Shown piece after piece: positions 11,916 to 24,750 of a stretch of 64,000 nt of DNA (its first letter is position 1; every line of letters starts with the position of its first letter). A program made the translations under genes and the position numbers. This stretch comes from Octopus bimaculoides. Its lineage: Eukaryota. The stretch lies in contig NC_068986.1 of NCBI RefSeq assembly GCF_001194135.2, forward strand, positions 86,160,627-86,224,626, written 5' to 3'. The notes under the pieces are model-generated. The model did not search any database. It saw only the letters and a list, made by a program, of their open reading frames with translations, and was not told where the DNA came from.

Positions 11916-13743
11916 TAGCATCTGCTTAGATACTTTTTTATGTCTTGAATCTGTCTCATCGATACATATACTGCCCAAATTTTACAGATTTTCAGACACA
12001 TTACGTCCCACATATACGAGTTTACTTCGAAACAGAAACATGAATGTTTCCCTCACGTGAAATAAATTAATAAGGTTGTATATAGTCAATCCTCTTGCTC
12101 TTCGGTGGCAATAAATATTTTAGTACTCATAAGAATTTAAAGTTGATGTCGTTGATTACTTCATAGAACATATTGTGATCATTTATGTCTATTTATTTTT
12201 CACTTTTTTCAGGTGTCTCTAAGCAAGTTTAATTATTATGAATATTATTAATATAATCTTAAAGGTTTCCATTCTTTAAATAATAGGAATCGTTTGGATA
12301 TCGTGTATAGATTAGGTTTGTAGGTTTGTACAATATATTTAAAAGCAGTGCTACTACTATTTTCTGAAATAGCCCTGTGTTGATTCATATAACTAAACAA
12401 TATTTTTATCCTTCAATATGTAGAAATTACAAATAAGATGGCCAAAGCAACGCGCCATAATATTTTTAAACCTCCATTTTCAACAGTGTAATTCCTTCTC
12501 CTTTCAATTCGTTTCTGCGCAACTTTATAATAATCTGGTATTGCAGCATCAAGAACGAGTAAAATAGCGCCATGTGTGTTAAGTAACTGAATGTCAAGCT
12601 TATGATTTATGAGGAACCATAACGAATAGATTGTGCATGTTGTTTGGAGGCATTTTCGCACAATCCAATTCTCTCATATTAAAATATATCAACTCAATTT
12701 TAAACTAAAGTAAGGGCCCCGTAATATAAAGTACCAATAAAGTACTTTAGTCAATAGTATTAATTATAACTGTACTTGGAAATATCTAGAATCGTCATAA
12801 TCATCTACGTCGTCGTCGTCGGTGTTATCATCATCATCATCATCATCATCATCATCTTCATCATCATCGTGGTGGTGGTGGTTATCGTCATTGAGGTAGG
12901 TAGCGTCGTCATCGTCGTCGCTACAAAAGTCTAATTTTTATAAAATGTTTCGCTGAAAATATTGATTTGGTCCCCTCCCATATTCCTATGCTGGCGCTGT
13001 GCATCAAGGGCTATATCTATCAACTTCTCTGTTCTTGGTATTATAGAAACGATAAAGTATATTTTGGACGTAATTCTGGCTGCTATTTCAAGCACCATGA
13101 GTGATCACATTCAAGCCGCTTTTTTGACCCATAACAGGTGTGTTCTTAGATTTGCATGTATTTTCCTTTTTATCTGGTGGATTTACAAGAGGTATCTAGA
13201 GCAAAATTGACGTATGAGAGACAGGTGGGGAAGAGTAGGTTATTTGGGTGCATCTTGCAGTCCTAGAGACCTCGAAGCTATTGTTGTCCAGGGGTAAGAG
13301 AGGCAAAAGTGATTATAACCGGATATGTCTGTAGTTTAGTGAGTGAAATTATGTCATCTATTTCACATATACATATACTTTGATTGATGTCCCATTTGAC
13401 CCACCAACGTCTCGACGTATTAACCTGAAAACATGCCTGGGGAAGAGGCAACTTGTTAAAAACTGACCTTGATTACTTAAAATTATGTTAGTTTTGACAG
13501 GAAGTGTATCCCATTTAAGGTAATTGACTGTTACAAAACTTCATATTTCAAAAGTTATCATTGTACTATCCAAAAGAAAGATACAGCTCCGAAATATCTG
13601 ATTACCGAATGAAGAAGTGAGCCCACACAATCGACCGGGAATATTTATTTTGTGATATTTCTTTAGATAAATCTATAACAGGCTTTCCCCAGAATATTGT
13701 AAAATCATTGAAAAGCGTTTGCGACAATATTCCGTCTGAAGAA

Positions 13744-13893
13744 AGCGACGAACTGGCAGAAACGTTAGCACGCCGGACGAAATGCTTAGCGGTATTTCGT
13801 CTGCCGTTACGCTCTGAGTTCAAATTTCGCCGAAGTCGACTTTGCTTTTCATCCGTTCGTGGTCGATAAATTAAGTACCAGTTACGCACTGAG
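13744..13893 (+). mobile_element. SINE-B, 3'-truncated
   Basis: AGCGACGAACTGGCAGAAACGTTAGCACGCCGGACGAAATGCTTAGCGGTATTTCGTC...GAGTTCAAATTTCGCCGAAGTCGACTTTGC. Confidence 0.9.
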
Positions 13894-14058
13894 ATTGCTT
13901 GTAAAGGAGGCAGTTGTTAAATTTGTAGATCAGAGCACAGGTTTCTATAGGCGGTGCAAGGGCATGACCACTGTCAAATGACTGAAAGAAGTAAAATATA
14001 AAATATGTATATACATATACAAAAACATATTAATATACATATGCATGCAAACATACAT

Positions 14059-14090
<32 letters not shown>

Positions 14091-14131
14091 GCACACACAC
14101 ACACACACACACACGCACACACACACACGCA

Positions 14132-14165
<34 letters not shown>

Positions 14166-14167
<2 letters not shown>

Positions 14168-14530
14168 CGCAGGCGTAGATGTGTGGTAAGAAGCTACAAC
14201 GTTCCGAGATCAGTCCCACTGCGTGGCACCTTGAGCAAGTTTCTTCTATACCCTCGGACCGACCAAAACCTAGTGAGTGTATTTGGTGGACGGAAACCGA
14301 AAGAAGCGCATCGTATATATGTATGTATATGTATATGTTTGTGTGTCGGTATTTCTCCCACCGCCATCACTTGACAACCGCTGTTTATATGTTTACGTCC
14401 CTGTGAGGTAGCGGTTCGGCGAAAAGAGAAAGTACTAGGATTACAAAGAATAAATCGTGGGGTGTTTTCGTTCATTTAAATGCGGTGCTCCAGCATGGCG
14501 GCAGTCAAATGACTGAAACAAGTAAAAGAT
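14166..14530 (+). mobile_element. SINE-A, near full length
   Basis: GGCGCAGGCGTAGATGTGTGGTAAG head through GTGCTCCAGCATGGCGGCAGTCAAATGACTGAAACAAGTAAAAGA tail. Confidence 0.9.
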
Positions 14531-16049
14531 GTACAACATAAAGATATAGATATTCATGCACGCACGCATGCACATGCATGTCATTGTGTGTGTCTGTGAA
14601 TGTGAGTTTCCTTGAATGTGTCTACGGTAACATTTACACGGAATAGCTACCAGTGTGTGTGTATGCATATTTCTGTTTGTGTCTCCAATTACACACACAC
14701 ACACANNNNNNNNNNNNNNNNNNNNNNNNNNNNNNNNNNNNNNNNNNNNNNNNNNNNNNNNNNNNNNNNNNNNNNNNNNNNNNNNNNNNNNNNNNNNNNN
14801 NNNNNNNNNNNNNNNNNNNNNNNNNNNNNNNNNNNNNNNNNNNNNNNNNNNNNNNNNNNNNNNNNNNNNNNNNNNNNNNNNNNNNNNNNNNNNNNNNNNN
14901 NNNNNNNNNNNNNNNNNNNNNNNNNNNNNNNNNNNNNNNNNNNNNNNNNNNNNNNNNNNNNNNNNNNNNNNNNNNNNNNNNNNNNNNNNNNNNNNNNNNN
15001 NNNNNNNNNNNNNNNNNNNNNNNNNNNNNNNNNNNNNNNNNNNNNNNNNNNNNNNNNNNNNNNNNNNNNNNNNNNNNNNNNNNNNNNNNNNNNNNNNNNN
15101 NNNNNNNNNNNNNNNNNNNNNNNNNNNNNNNNNNNNNNNNNNNNNNNNNNNNNNNNNNNNNNNNNNNNNNNNNNNNNNNNNNNNNNNNNNNNNNNNNNNN
15201 NNNNNNNNNNNNNNNNNNNNNNNNNNNNNNNNNNNNNNNNNNNNNNNNNNNNNNNNNNNNNNNNNNNNNNNNNNNNNNNNNNNNNNNNNNNNNNNNNNNN
15301 NNNNNNNNNNNNNNNNNNNNNNNNNNNNNNNNNNNNNNNNNNNNNNNNNNNNNNNNNNNNNNNNNNNNNNNNNNNNNNNTATATATATATATATATATGA
15401 GCGTTGTAGTATGCTTGAAGAATTGCAATATCGAAGAAGAGAAAGGAGAATAGGAAAGCTTTTGACAATGCAGAAAGTTTAACAAAGCCTTTATATATCA
15501 GGTGCAGATGCCCATTCTCAGGAGATGGAATGACTAAATATATTTCTTCTGGGGAGGGGACCTTTGTACCTATATTATAAAGGTTTTGTTGAACCTTTCA
15601 AGTTCAAAACGCTTTCCTATCTTCACTTTTTCCGTTCTATGTGTGTGCCTGGGTTTGTGTGTGTGTGTGTGTGTGTTTTTGTGTGTATGCATGTATTTGA
15701 TAGAAAGACGTGTCTGTTTTTTGAGATGTACGTTTGGAAGCCAACTGGTTAGTAGCGTTTTGGTCCCCTGCATGGCAATTTGAGCCAAAGCCTTTTCCTA
15801 CTGCCAGGTTATTCATCAATGATTTACTATTGAAATTTAATTGAGGAAAAACTTGTCGACGGTTGTCATATGTATTTCTCATAATATTTATGTAAGTATG
15901 TGTGTATGAATATTTTAAATATTTATAATAAAAACTTGATTGTGAAATATACAACATAAATGTTACCATTCGCAAACAGTGCTTACAATATTTAACTGCC
16001 GCAATGCACATCGATTGTGTGCTTGTGAGAATTTGTTCGTTCTTTCAAT

Positions 16050-16548
16050 TAATCAATTAGGGGTTTTGTGTTCTTATGGGCTACAGAAAATATTCTGCTT
16101 AATACCACAGATTTGCTTGTCAGCTGTTTGACCTTAACCAGTTGAGCATGTCCCTTAGTGGTTAACGATATGTGCATCTCTGATCACGAGGAGAAGTAGT
16201 GGAGGAGCATCATAGCCATGTGTTGAGAGGAATTCTTTGGGGTTTGAATAATTCACCTTTGGAAACATGGGTATTTTGCTCAACATTCTTAAAAAATCTT
16301 ATTCAGAGACCTTTTGAGCGGGATGGGCTACTCGACCTAAAGAAAATTCTAACTGGGCCCCAGCTGCGAGGTCATGCGCTGTTTATCTTGATATGAGATC
16401 ACCATGTCGCGCACATATGGTTGGGATGCATGTGCTTGGTGTACCCTTATCAGACGGGTAGTCATGGTGGGTATGTTGGGCTTTGTATATTTTACCCCAG
16501 TGTCACTTAGATGGCATGCTCTGCTCTCTCACACAATAATAATAATAA
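16050..16548 (+). mobile_element. Probable retroposon 3' end with (AAT)n tail, unclassified
   Basis: About 500 bp of non-coding, GC-richer complex sequence ending CTCTCTCACAC-AATAATAATAATA. It looks like a non-LTR 3' UTR from memory of similar repeats; not verifiable here. Confidence 0.4.
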
Positions 16549-16745
16549 TAAGAAGAAGAAGAAGCAGAAGAAGAAGAAGAAGAAGAAGAAGAAGAAGAAG
16601 AAGAGGACGAGGAGGAAGAAGAAGAAGAAGAAGAAGAAGAAGAAGAAGAAGAAGAAGAAGAAGAGGAGGAGGACGAGGAGGAAGAAGAAGAAGAAGAAGA
16701 AGAAGAAGAAGAAGAAGAAGAAGAAGAAGAAGAAGAAGAAGACGA
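16549..16745. repeat. (AAG)n/(AGG)n purine-rich microsatellite
   Basis: Direct reading; explains the poly-K/R/F ORFs. Confidence 0.95.
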
Positions 16746-16893
16746 CGATATTGATTATGATCATCATCTAGCAATGTGGGTCAATACAATAAGTATCAGT
16801 TTAACACTGAGATCGATGTAATCGACTTATCCCCTACTGCGATTTTTCTGGTCTTCTGCCAAAATTTTAAATCAGTATTAAGTCACTGAAATA

Positions 16894-17045
16894 GGTGGTG
16901 AGCTACCAGAATCGTTAGCACGCCGATCATGATGCTTATCTGCAGTTCGTCCTTACTTTTTGAATTCAGATTTCAATGGGAACGAATTTGCCTTTCATCC
17001 TTTTGGTGTCAATAAAATACGTACCAGTTCAATACTGGAATCGTT
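16894..17045 (+). mobile_element. SINE-B, diverged
   Basis: GGTGGTGAGCTACCAGAATCGTTAGCACGCC head; TTTGCCTTTCATCCTTTTGGTGTCAATAAAA core. Confidence 0.8.
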
Positions 17046-17310
17046 TAAATCGATGTTGCTCCTCCTCCGATATTGCTGGCGTTGTGTCAAAATTTGAAAC
17101 CACTATATAAACAGCTTCTTATTTCAAGATCAGTCCTGTTGTCTACCAAATTTAACTAATAACAAGGCAATATATATCAAATCAATGTAATCGATTTAGA
17201 AAGCTTGAATTGTGAATCAAGCGTTTCAAAATATTTCAAAACCTTAATGAATGGAAATAATTCGAGTTCATTAGTTGCTTAATTATATTTTTTCTTCACG
17301 ATATATCATC

Positions 17311-17478
17311 GAGCTAGCAGAAAATTTAGCACGCCAGGCGAAATTCCATCAAAGTCGACTTGGCCTTTCATCATTTCGGGCTCGATAAATTAAGTACCAG
17401 TTGCGTACTGGAGTCGATCTATTCGACTGGCATCCTCCCCTAAAAATTCGTGCCTTGTGCCTGGAGTAGAAAAGAATA
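17311..17478 (+). mobile_element. SINE-B with internal deletion
   Basis: GAGCTAGCAGAAAATTTAGCACGCCAGGCGAAAT joined to TCCATCAAAGTCGACTTGGCCTTTCATC; tail GCCTTGTGCCTGGAGTAGAAAAG. Confidence 0.85.
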
Positions 17479-18652
17479 TATCATCTTCTCGTCATGGGAA
17501 TAAACTATTGACTGAGATTAGTCAACAATGAAAGATGTACTACAGAGAACTGCATCATAAATTCATATATTATGAAATATTCCTTGAACATTTTACAATA
17601 CGTATTTAAGGTTATTTACTTATGTTATGCTTTGTTTTTGAAAGAGATGGTCTCCTACGCATACTTCTGGGAGAGTGAGAGGGATTTTGTTCCATTCTAT
17701 AAAATTTCTCTGGGAGAACCTGCTCGGAGTGGTGGGAGAGGGTGGCGGAAAGAGAGAACACATAGAAATTCGATAAACCAAAAATTAATTTTAATGAGAA
17801 AATGAATGCGAGGAGGTGAGTCTTGAGTATCTTATTCGCTGGAAATGTAATTAAAATTAATTATAAATTATTCTCAGTTCATCACCTCAAGCATGTTAAT
17901 CTGCATTATATATTTGTTGAGCAGAGGATATCCTACGAGAATTTGCATATTTGTACATATATTTACCATATATGTATGCATANNNNNNNNNNNNNNNNNN
18001 NNNNNNNNNNNNNNNNNNNNNNNNNNNNNNNNNNNNNNNNNNNNNNNNNNNNNNNNNNNNNNNNNNNNNNNNNNNNNNNNNNNNNNNNNNNNNNNNNNNN
18101 NNNNNNNNNNNNNNNNNNNNNNNNNNNNNNNNNNNNNNNNNNNNNNNNNNNNNNNNNNNNNNNNNNNNNNNNNNNNNNNNNNNNNNNNNNNNNNNNNNNN
18201 NNNNNNNNNNNNNNNNNNNNNNNNNNNNNNNNNNNNNNNNNNNNNNNNNNNNNNNNNNNNNNNNNNNNNNNNNNNNNNNNNNNNNNNNNNNNNNNNNNNN
18301 NNNNNNNNNNNNNNNNNNNNNNNNNNNNNNNNNNNNNNNNNNNNNNNNNNNNNNNNNNNNNNNNNNNNNNNNNNNNNNNNNNNNNNNNNNNNNNNNNNNN
18401 NNNNNNNNNNNNNNNNNNNNNNNNNNNNNNNNNNNNNNNNNNNNNNNNNNNNNNNNNNNNNNNNNNNNNNNNNNATATATATAATATGTATGCATGTATA
18501 CACACATATATGTACATACTTACATCTACATGTGTATATAGATGCATATCAGAGTACAGGACGTTAGAACAATGAACTACAGACAACGGAATGAACACAT
18601 AGGAAAACAGATAGCCATTGGAATAAATCCTTCGTCAGCTGCCTCTATTCTA

Positions 18653-18710
18653 ACTCGACGTTTCGAAGATAATGCAGAACGTACTCTAGAATAGTATCTT
18701 CCTGAGTAGT
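18653..18710 (-). ncRNA. Degenerate hammerhead-ribozyme-like motif
   Basis: Minus strand ACTA-CUCAGGA-AGAUA...UAUCUU-C-GAAA-C-GUC-GAGU: G5 mutated to C; GAAAC/GUC and a stem-II-like helix retained. Confidence 0.4.
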
Positions 18711-19812
18711 GGATCAACCCACTAAACAGAGGATTCCAAAGTGGCAAACACAAACCAAGACAGGAAAAATTAGACAGTGAAAACAACATTAAAAAGCCGT
18801 ACGGTCAAACGTGAATCTGATGTAGAACACTGACAGTTCGTCTCGCTTTCATAGTGGCTGGAGTGAAAAGAGAGTTGACCACAGTCCACACGTGAGCAGA
18901 GAGGATGGTAGAGGGAGGAAGTGGAACAAGGAGGAAGAGACAGAAGTGTATATATATACACACACGTACATATACATGTATGCACGTGTTTGTGTGTGTG
19001 TATATTACTATCTATGTGTCAATCTACCTATCGATCGATCGGCAGAATGTTGAAGCGTTCGCTGCTTTGGGCAAAAGGAAATGCAGGAGAATCAGTCAAA
19101 ATATTCCCTTTTCAGATTCACGCACTTATTACAGCAGTCCATCAGATTTTTTAAGCCCTGTAAAAGAACTCGGGACTTTGAGCTTTCAGCCAAACCTTTC
19201 CTGATACCCTTAAAACTGGGAACTTTTCAGCATCTTTTTGTATGTATGCGTATGTAAGTATATGAACTTTATGTTAATTAAAATATGTTTGTAATATATG
19301 TTAATTTCTAAAGTCAAATTCACTCCAGTTACCATGGACAGAAATTTCTCAATCAATAAGAATTAAATAATATTCTGTCACTCAGTACTGAACCTTCCTA
19401 TCAGAAATTGTTTACCCGTAATTCCTAGGCTTCCTTTAAAATAACAACCACAATCGTGTATGTGCGCGCGCACGAACGTGTGCATGCGTGCGTGTGTGAT
19501 CATAGAGTGCGAGAAGTATTTAAGGACACTTAATCATCTGCATATTATTTCAAAGCAATGCAAAAGCTTTATGTCTTTCAGGTCCCCCATAGCAGATAAT
19601 ATACTAACACAAAGAATTAAAATCCATGCTATCATTTTTATCATCTGTGAAGAAAGCATTCGTGAAAAAACCTGGCGAGAGGAAAAGGCTCTTTTTGACA
19701 TCCTTAAATTTGCAATTTGTGCACAAAGTTCGAATGGAATTGAATGAATGGCGGGAATGCTTCAACTGCATCAAAGTAAAGAAAAGAAAAAGGTTTTAAA
19801 TGTTCAGATATT

Positions 19813-20205
19813 GGCGCAGGTGTAGCTGTGTGGTAACAAAATTACTTCTCAACGATATGGTTCCAGATTCAGTCCCATTGCGTGGCACCTTGGACAAGTG
19901 TCTTCTACTATAACCTCGAACTGACCAAAGCCTTGTCACTGGATTTCGTTGACGGAAACTGAAAGCAGCTCGTCGTATATATGTATATGCATATATCTAT
20001 ATGTGTGTGTGCGTCTCTGTGTCTGTGATTCTCTGTCACCACCACATGATGGTGATGGTGTGTATACGTCCCTGTAACTTAGTGGTTCGGCTAAAGAAAC
20101 TGATAGGATAAATATTAGGATCGATCTGTTTGACTAAAATCTCTTCAAGTTGATGCCCCAGCATGGCCACAGTCAAATGACTGAAACAACTGAGAAATGA
20201 AAGAC
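19813..20205 (+). mobile_element. SINE-A, near full length
   Basis: GGCGCAGGTGTAGCTGTGTGG head, CACCTTGGACAAGTGTCTTC, tail CCCCAGCATGGCCACAGTCAAATGACTGAAAC. Confidence 0.9.
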
Positions 20206-20992
20206 AAATGATAAAAAACACTGTAGGAATACCACAATACATCGAACTGGTTCAAAAATTATCGATGATGGCACCGGTAAATCAATGAAATATACCGTCA
20301 AAGAACTCCTGGTGCAGGAGTACGCTATCAGAACTTTGTTGCATGAAGACATTCTATATAAGTCGTATGTACTGAGGAGGGGATAGTTAATGTCTATGAT
20401 ACTGGAAATCCGTTTAAGTCATGCCAAGTAGTTACTTAATAAGTTTAATTACATTTACAGTCATGGCCGGTTCATTACTGATGAGGAAAACATCAACTAA
20501 TCCAAAAGGCCACTAAAACGAATGGCAGATGAGTAAGTTCCATTCGGATATCCACAGAGTGATGTACAATAAATTTCCAGCAACTGGTTTACGTATGTAT
20601 GTATGTCATAGTTCAGTTTTATTTCAAGATTTTTTTGCCAATAGAGAAAGACTCGGTTTCTAACCAAGATCCAAGGATCCTTTATTAGAATTTCAACATC
20701 AACAACGGTACTTTTGTATGTCTGTCTGTATGTATATATGCACATTTATATGTTTTGCTTTATATATGTATTCTCATGCTTATAGTTGTATATCTGGACA
20801 TGCTCAATATATACTTAAATGATATACTTCTGGAAAGTTTTACAGATTTTTATAGTTCCAGTGATGGATTGGATCTGTAGTCTTCGAATTAGCTTTCTCC
20901 TTTCATGTGGTTGGTTAGCAACCTACTTGCCGCACAGACACTCCTACGTATATATATATACATACATATATATATATATATANNNNNNNNNN

Positions 20993-21343
20993 TTCAGGGT
21001 CGTTGCTCATCATCAGTCTAGAGTAGCAGGCGATGCTTTTTCGCCAACAGGAAAATATCTTTTACGCTGTATACCAACACATGATTTGTGTCAGTATACT
21101 GTGAGATAGAGAGTCTACATATAAAGATATATATGTGTGTTTTCAAAGGGGAGATAAGCATCTCCACTCAGCAAATCCAGCATCCAGAGATTAGTTTCAG
21201 GGTCGTTGCTCATCATCAGTCTAGAGTAGCAGGCGATGCTTTTTCGCCAACAGGAAAATATCTTTTACGCTGTATACCAACACATGATTTGTGTCAGTAT
21301 ACTGTGAGATAGAGAGTCTACATATAAAGATATATATGTGTGT
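20993..21343. repeat. Tandem duplication: identical 148-bp segments with 203-bp period
   Basis: 20993-21140 is identical to 21196-21343; the first copy starts directly after a 10-N gap. Confidence 0.9.
21183..21225 (-). ncRNA. Type I hammerhead-like motif, partly degenerate
   Basis: Minus strand UCUAGA-CUGAUGA-UGAGCAACGACCCU-GAAA-CUAAU-C-UCUGGA: 6-bp stem I and perfect CUGAUGA/GAAA; stems II and III are weak. Confidence 0.5.
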
Positions 21344-21419
21344 ATAATATATTTACACATATACATGTGTGTGTGTGGCTGGGGGTGTCTATGTGGACGT
21401 CTTTGCCTCCTCCCCTTAC

Positions 21420-21598
21420 ACACACATAGCTTGACAACTGTAACTTAGTAATTCGGCAAAAAGACCGATAGATTATGTACTAAGTCTAAAATAGAAACAA
21501 GTACTGAGGCCGATTCATTCGACGTAAAATTCTTCAAAGCGCTGCTCCAGCCTAGCCGCAGTGTAATGATTGAAACAAATTAAATATAAAAGAATATT
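21420..21598 (+). mobile_element. SINE-A 3' half, diverged
   Basis: GCTTGACAAC..GTAACTTAG..TTCGGCAAAAAGACCGATAGA...GCTGCTCCAGCCTAGCCGCAGT. Confidence 0.75.
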
Positions 21599-22279
21599 AT
21601 ATTCACGGATTTATGCACCCATTTTTCTATCTGCTCTTCAATAGGCATCTCTTTCTTCGTCCCTAGTAATTTTACCCGTCAAACTCTTCTTGTATATATT
21701 CATCCATTCGTATATCTAACCATGTACCTATTCATTCCTGCACGTATATACACACACAGACACATACCTATATACATATACGTACTCACAGGCATATGTG
21801 CAGAGAGCGAGAAAGCGAGCGAGAGAGAGACAAACAGGCAGTCAGGCAAACAGTCAAGCGGCCATGTAGACGGAGTGGCTGAGCCAGTCACCTATCTACC
21901 TATTTATCCATCTAGCTATCTATCTCTTCATCTCATATCCATTTAACCATCTATTTATCCAACTTTCAACATATTTATATGACTCTACCTCGTTATCCAC
22001 ATACCCGTCTACCTATTCGTTTATCTCGTCTATCTAAATTCAAATTCTTTCCCCTGTGATTCCTCCTGCGGTTTATCTAGTCTCTCTGCCCCCCTTCTCC
22101 CTCACATTTCAGCCGGCCGCCTTTGGGGGTGGCCCCTGAACTTAAGCAGCCCGTCAAACGCCCCATTAACTATCAAAGACTTCTACTTTCTTGCTATCAA
22201 ATAATACTAAGTGGAACTTCATGAAAACCGACAAAAACAGCATCAAATGCACCAAAAATGAAATAAATAAAAACACAAC

Positions 22280-22413
22280 ACCTCCTCCTCCTACTACTAC
22301 TCCTTCTCATCCTCATCCTCCTCAGTCTACTACTACTACCACCACCACCACCACCACCACCACTACTACCAGTACTACTACTGCTACTACTACTACTACT
22401 ACTACTGCTGCTG

Positions 22414-22496
<83 letters not shown>

Positions 22497-22535
22497 ACTA
22501 CTACTACTACTACTACAGCTGCTGCTGCCACTGGT
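22280..22535. repeat. Compound trinucleotide tract (CCT/ACT/ACC/GCT)
   Basis: Direct reading; gives the Thr/Ala- and Ser-rich ORFs. Confidence 0.9.
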
Positions 22536-23069
22536 TCTGCTGTATCTGCTACTGATCTTCCCATCGTCTATGCCCTTGTGGCTAATAAAAGAATTCATTA
22601 TTGTCTTTATTAGTATTAGTAGCAGTAATGGGAATGAGGCTTCTGCCGTTGTTGCTATCTCTGCTTTTCCTCCTCCCCTTCTTCGTCTCTCCTCCTCCTC
22701 NNNNNNNNNNNNNNNNNNNNNNNNNNNNNNNNNNNNNNNNNNNNNNNNNNNNNNNNNNNNNNNNNNNNNNNNNNNNNNNNNNNNNNNNNNNNNNNNNNNN
22801 NNNNNNNNNNNNNNNNNNNNNNNNNNNNNNNNNNNNNNNNNNNNNNNNNNNNNNNNNNNNNNNNNNNNNNNNNNNNNNNNNNNNNNNNNNNNNNNNNNNN
22901 NNNNNNNNNNNNNNNNNNNNNNNNNNNNNNNNNNNNNNNNNNNNNNNNNNNNNNNNNNNNNNNNNNNNNNNNNNNNNNNNNNNNNNNNNNNNNNNNNNNN
23001 NNNNNNNNNNNNNNNNNNNNNNNNNNNNNNNNNNNNNNNNNNNNNNNNNNNNNNNNNNNNNNNNNNNNN

Positions 23070-23105
<36 letters not shown>

Positions 23106-23415
23106 TGATGTTTCAGAGTGGTGAAGGTTCTTCTAAAAGGCATCGGGTCAAGAATTACACCCCAACTCGACATGGTAACTCGATCCCTGACTTCTACGAA
23201 CATGTGGGACACTTCTGTCGAGGAATTAATTTTCTCGTAGAGTTCTGTTGAGATAACGAAATGGAAATGATTTATCAATCCATCTATCTACCGTCTAGCT
23301 AACTATCTAATTATCCATCAATTTTACTACATTCCGTCTGTCTTTCTGTCAGTCAGTCCGTCTGTTTTTGGCTTTTTAACTCTGCCTCACTTTCTCCCCT
23401 TCTCCCTCTTTCTTA

Positions 23416-23451
<36 letters not shown>

Positions 23452-23548
23452 TTACATACACACTCATACACACACACGAGCACAGACAATCACACGCACT
23501 CACATATTTTATATATGTGTGTCTGTGTGTCTGTGTGTGTGTGTGTTT

Positions 23549-23964
23549 GCAGCCGTGGCTGTGTGGTAAGAAGCTCGCTTCCCAACCACATGGTTCCGGG
23601 TTCATTCCCACTATTTGGCACCTTGAGTAAGTGTCTTCTACTATAGCCTCGGGCCAACAAAGCCTTGTGAGTGAATTTGGTAGACGGAAACTGAAAGAAG
23701 CCCGTCGTATATATGTATATATATATGTGCGTGTGTGTATGTTTGTGTATATGTTTGTGTGTTTGTGTTTGTCCACCCAATATCGCTTGACAAACGATGC
23801 TGGTGTGTTTACGTCCCCGTAATCTAGCGGTTCGGCAAAAGGGACCGATAGAATAAGTACTATGCTTCCAAAGAATAAGTCCTGGGGTCGATTTGCTCGA
23901 CTAAAAGTGGTGCTCTAGCGTGGCCGCAGTCAAACAACTGGAACAAGTAAAAGAGTAAAAGAAT
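23549..23964 (+). mobile_element. SINE-A, best-preserved full-length plus-strand copy
   Basis: A box TGGCTGTGTGG, B box GGTTCATTCCC, CACCTTGAGTAAGTGTCTTC, internal (TA)/(TG) tract, complete 3' half and AAAAGAGTAAAAGAATA tail. Confidence 0.95.
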
Positions 23965-24588
23965 ATATATATAGGTATTTACAGTGCCAACGTACAAAAG
24001 CCTCGGACTTTGTTTCACTCTGTGACTATACGCTCGCACATGCGTTCACCGGCGGTCGTACATCAAATACAAACTAATACCTATAATTCCTTCTCTTTTT
24101 GCCTTTTAATTCTCGATGTCCCGTTTGCTTCCATCCCACGCCCCGCCCACCGTTATTCTCTCGGACCCTTCTACGCTGCATTTGACGCGCAATATCACCA
24201 TTTTGCTACTCTGTGCGCTCTACAGTTTAATACAAACCAGATGATGCTCCAGCATGATCGCAGTCAGATGACTGAAACAAGTAAAAGTATAAAAGAATAT
24301 TACTTCTAATAAATACATATACATNNNNNNNNNNNNNNNNNNNNNNNNNNNNNNNNNNNNNNNNNNNNNNNNNNNNNNNNNNNNNNNNNNNNNNNNNNNN
24401 NNNNNNNNNNNNNNNNNNNNNNNNNNNNNNNNNNNNNNNNNNNNNNNNNNNNNNNNNNNNNNNNNNNNNNNNNNNNNNNNNNNNNNNNNNNNNNNNNNNN
24501 NNNNNNNNNNNNNNNNNNNNNNNNNNNNNNNNNNNNNNNNNNNNNNNNNNNNNNNNNNNNNNNNNNNNNNNNNNNNNNNNNNNNNNNN

Positions 24589-24627
<39 letters not shown>

Positions 24628-24750
24628 AGGGCGGCGGGATTCTTTTAGTTTCTGCCCAGAAAATTTACTCAGAAGGCTTTGAATGGGGCTAGACAACAGT
24701 AGAATATAGTTGTTGGACATAGCGCCATGTAGTGGCACTCTGAGCAACTG
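24628..24750 (-). mobile_element. SINE-A 5' half, highly degenerate
   Basis: Plus strand GGCGGGATTCTTTTAGTTTCTGCCCAGAAAATTTACTCAGAAGGCTTTG matches the reverse complement of the SINE-A mid region. Confidence 0.55.

Noticed and set aside
12413-12661. 82-aa minus-strand ORF with hydrophobic stretches
   Set aside because: No recognisable family motif and no supported splice structure; the length is compatible with chance.
20461-20532. Exon-like segment (TTTACAG acceptor, GTAAGT donor) that also contains CTGATGAGGA...TCC
   Set aside because: All three frames contain stops, and the hammerhead reading needs two core mutations plus a very short stem I.
22191-22613. Thr/Ala-rich mucin-like ORF of 140 aa
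   Set aside because: It is almost entirely a compound trinucleotide repeat, with no splice or domain support.
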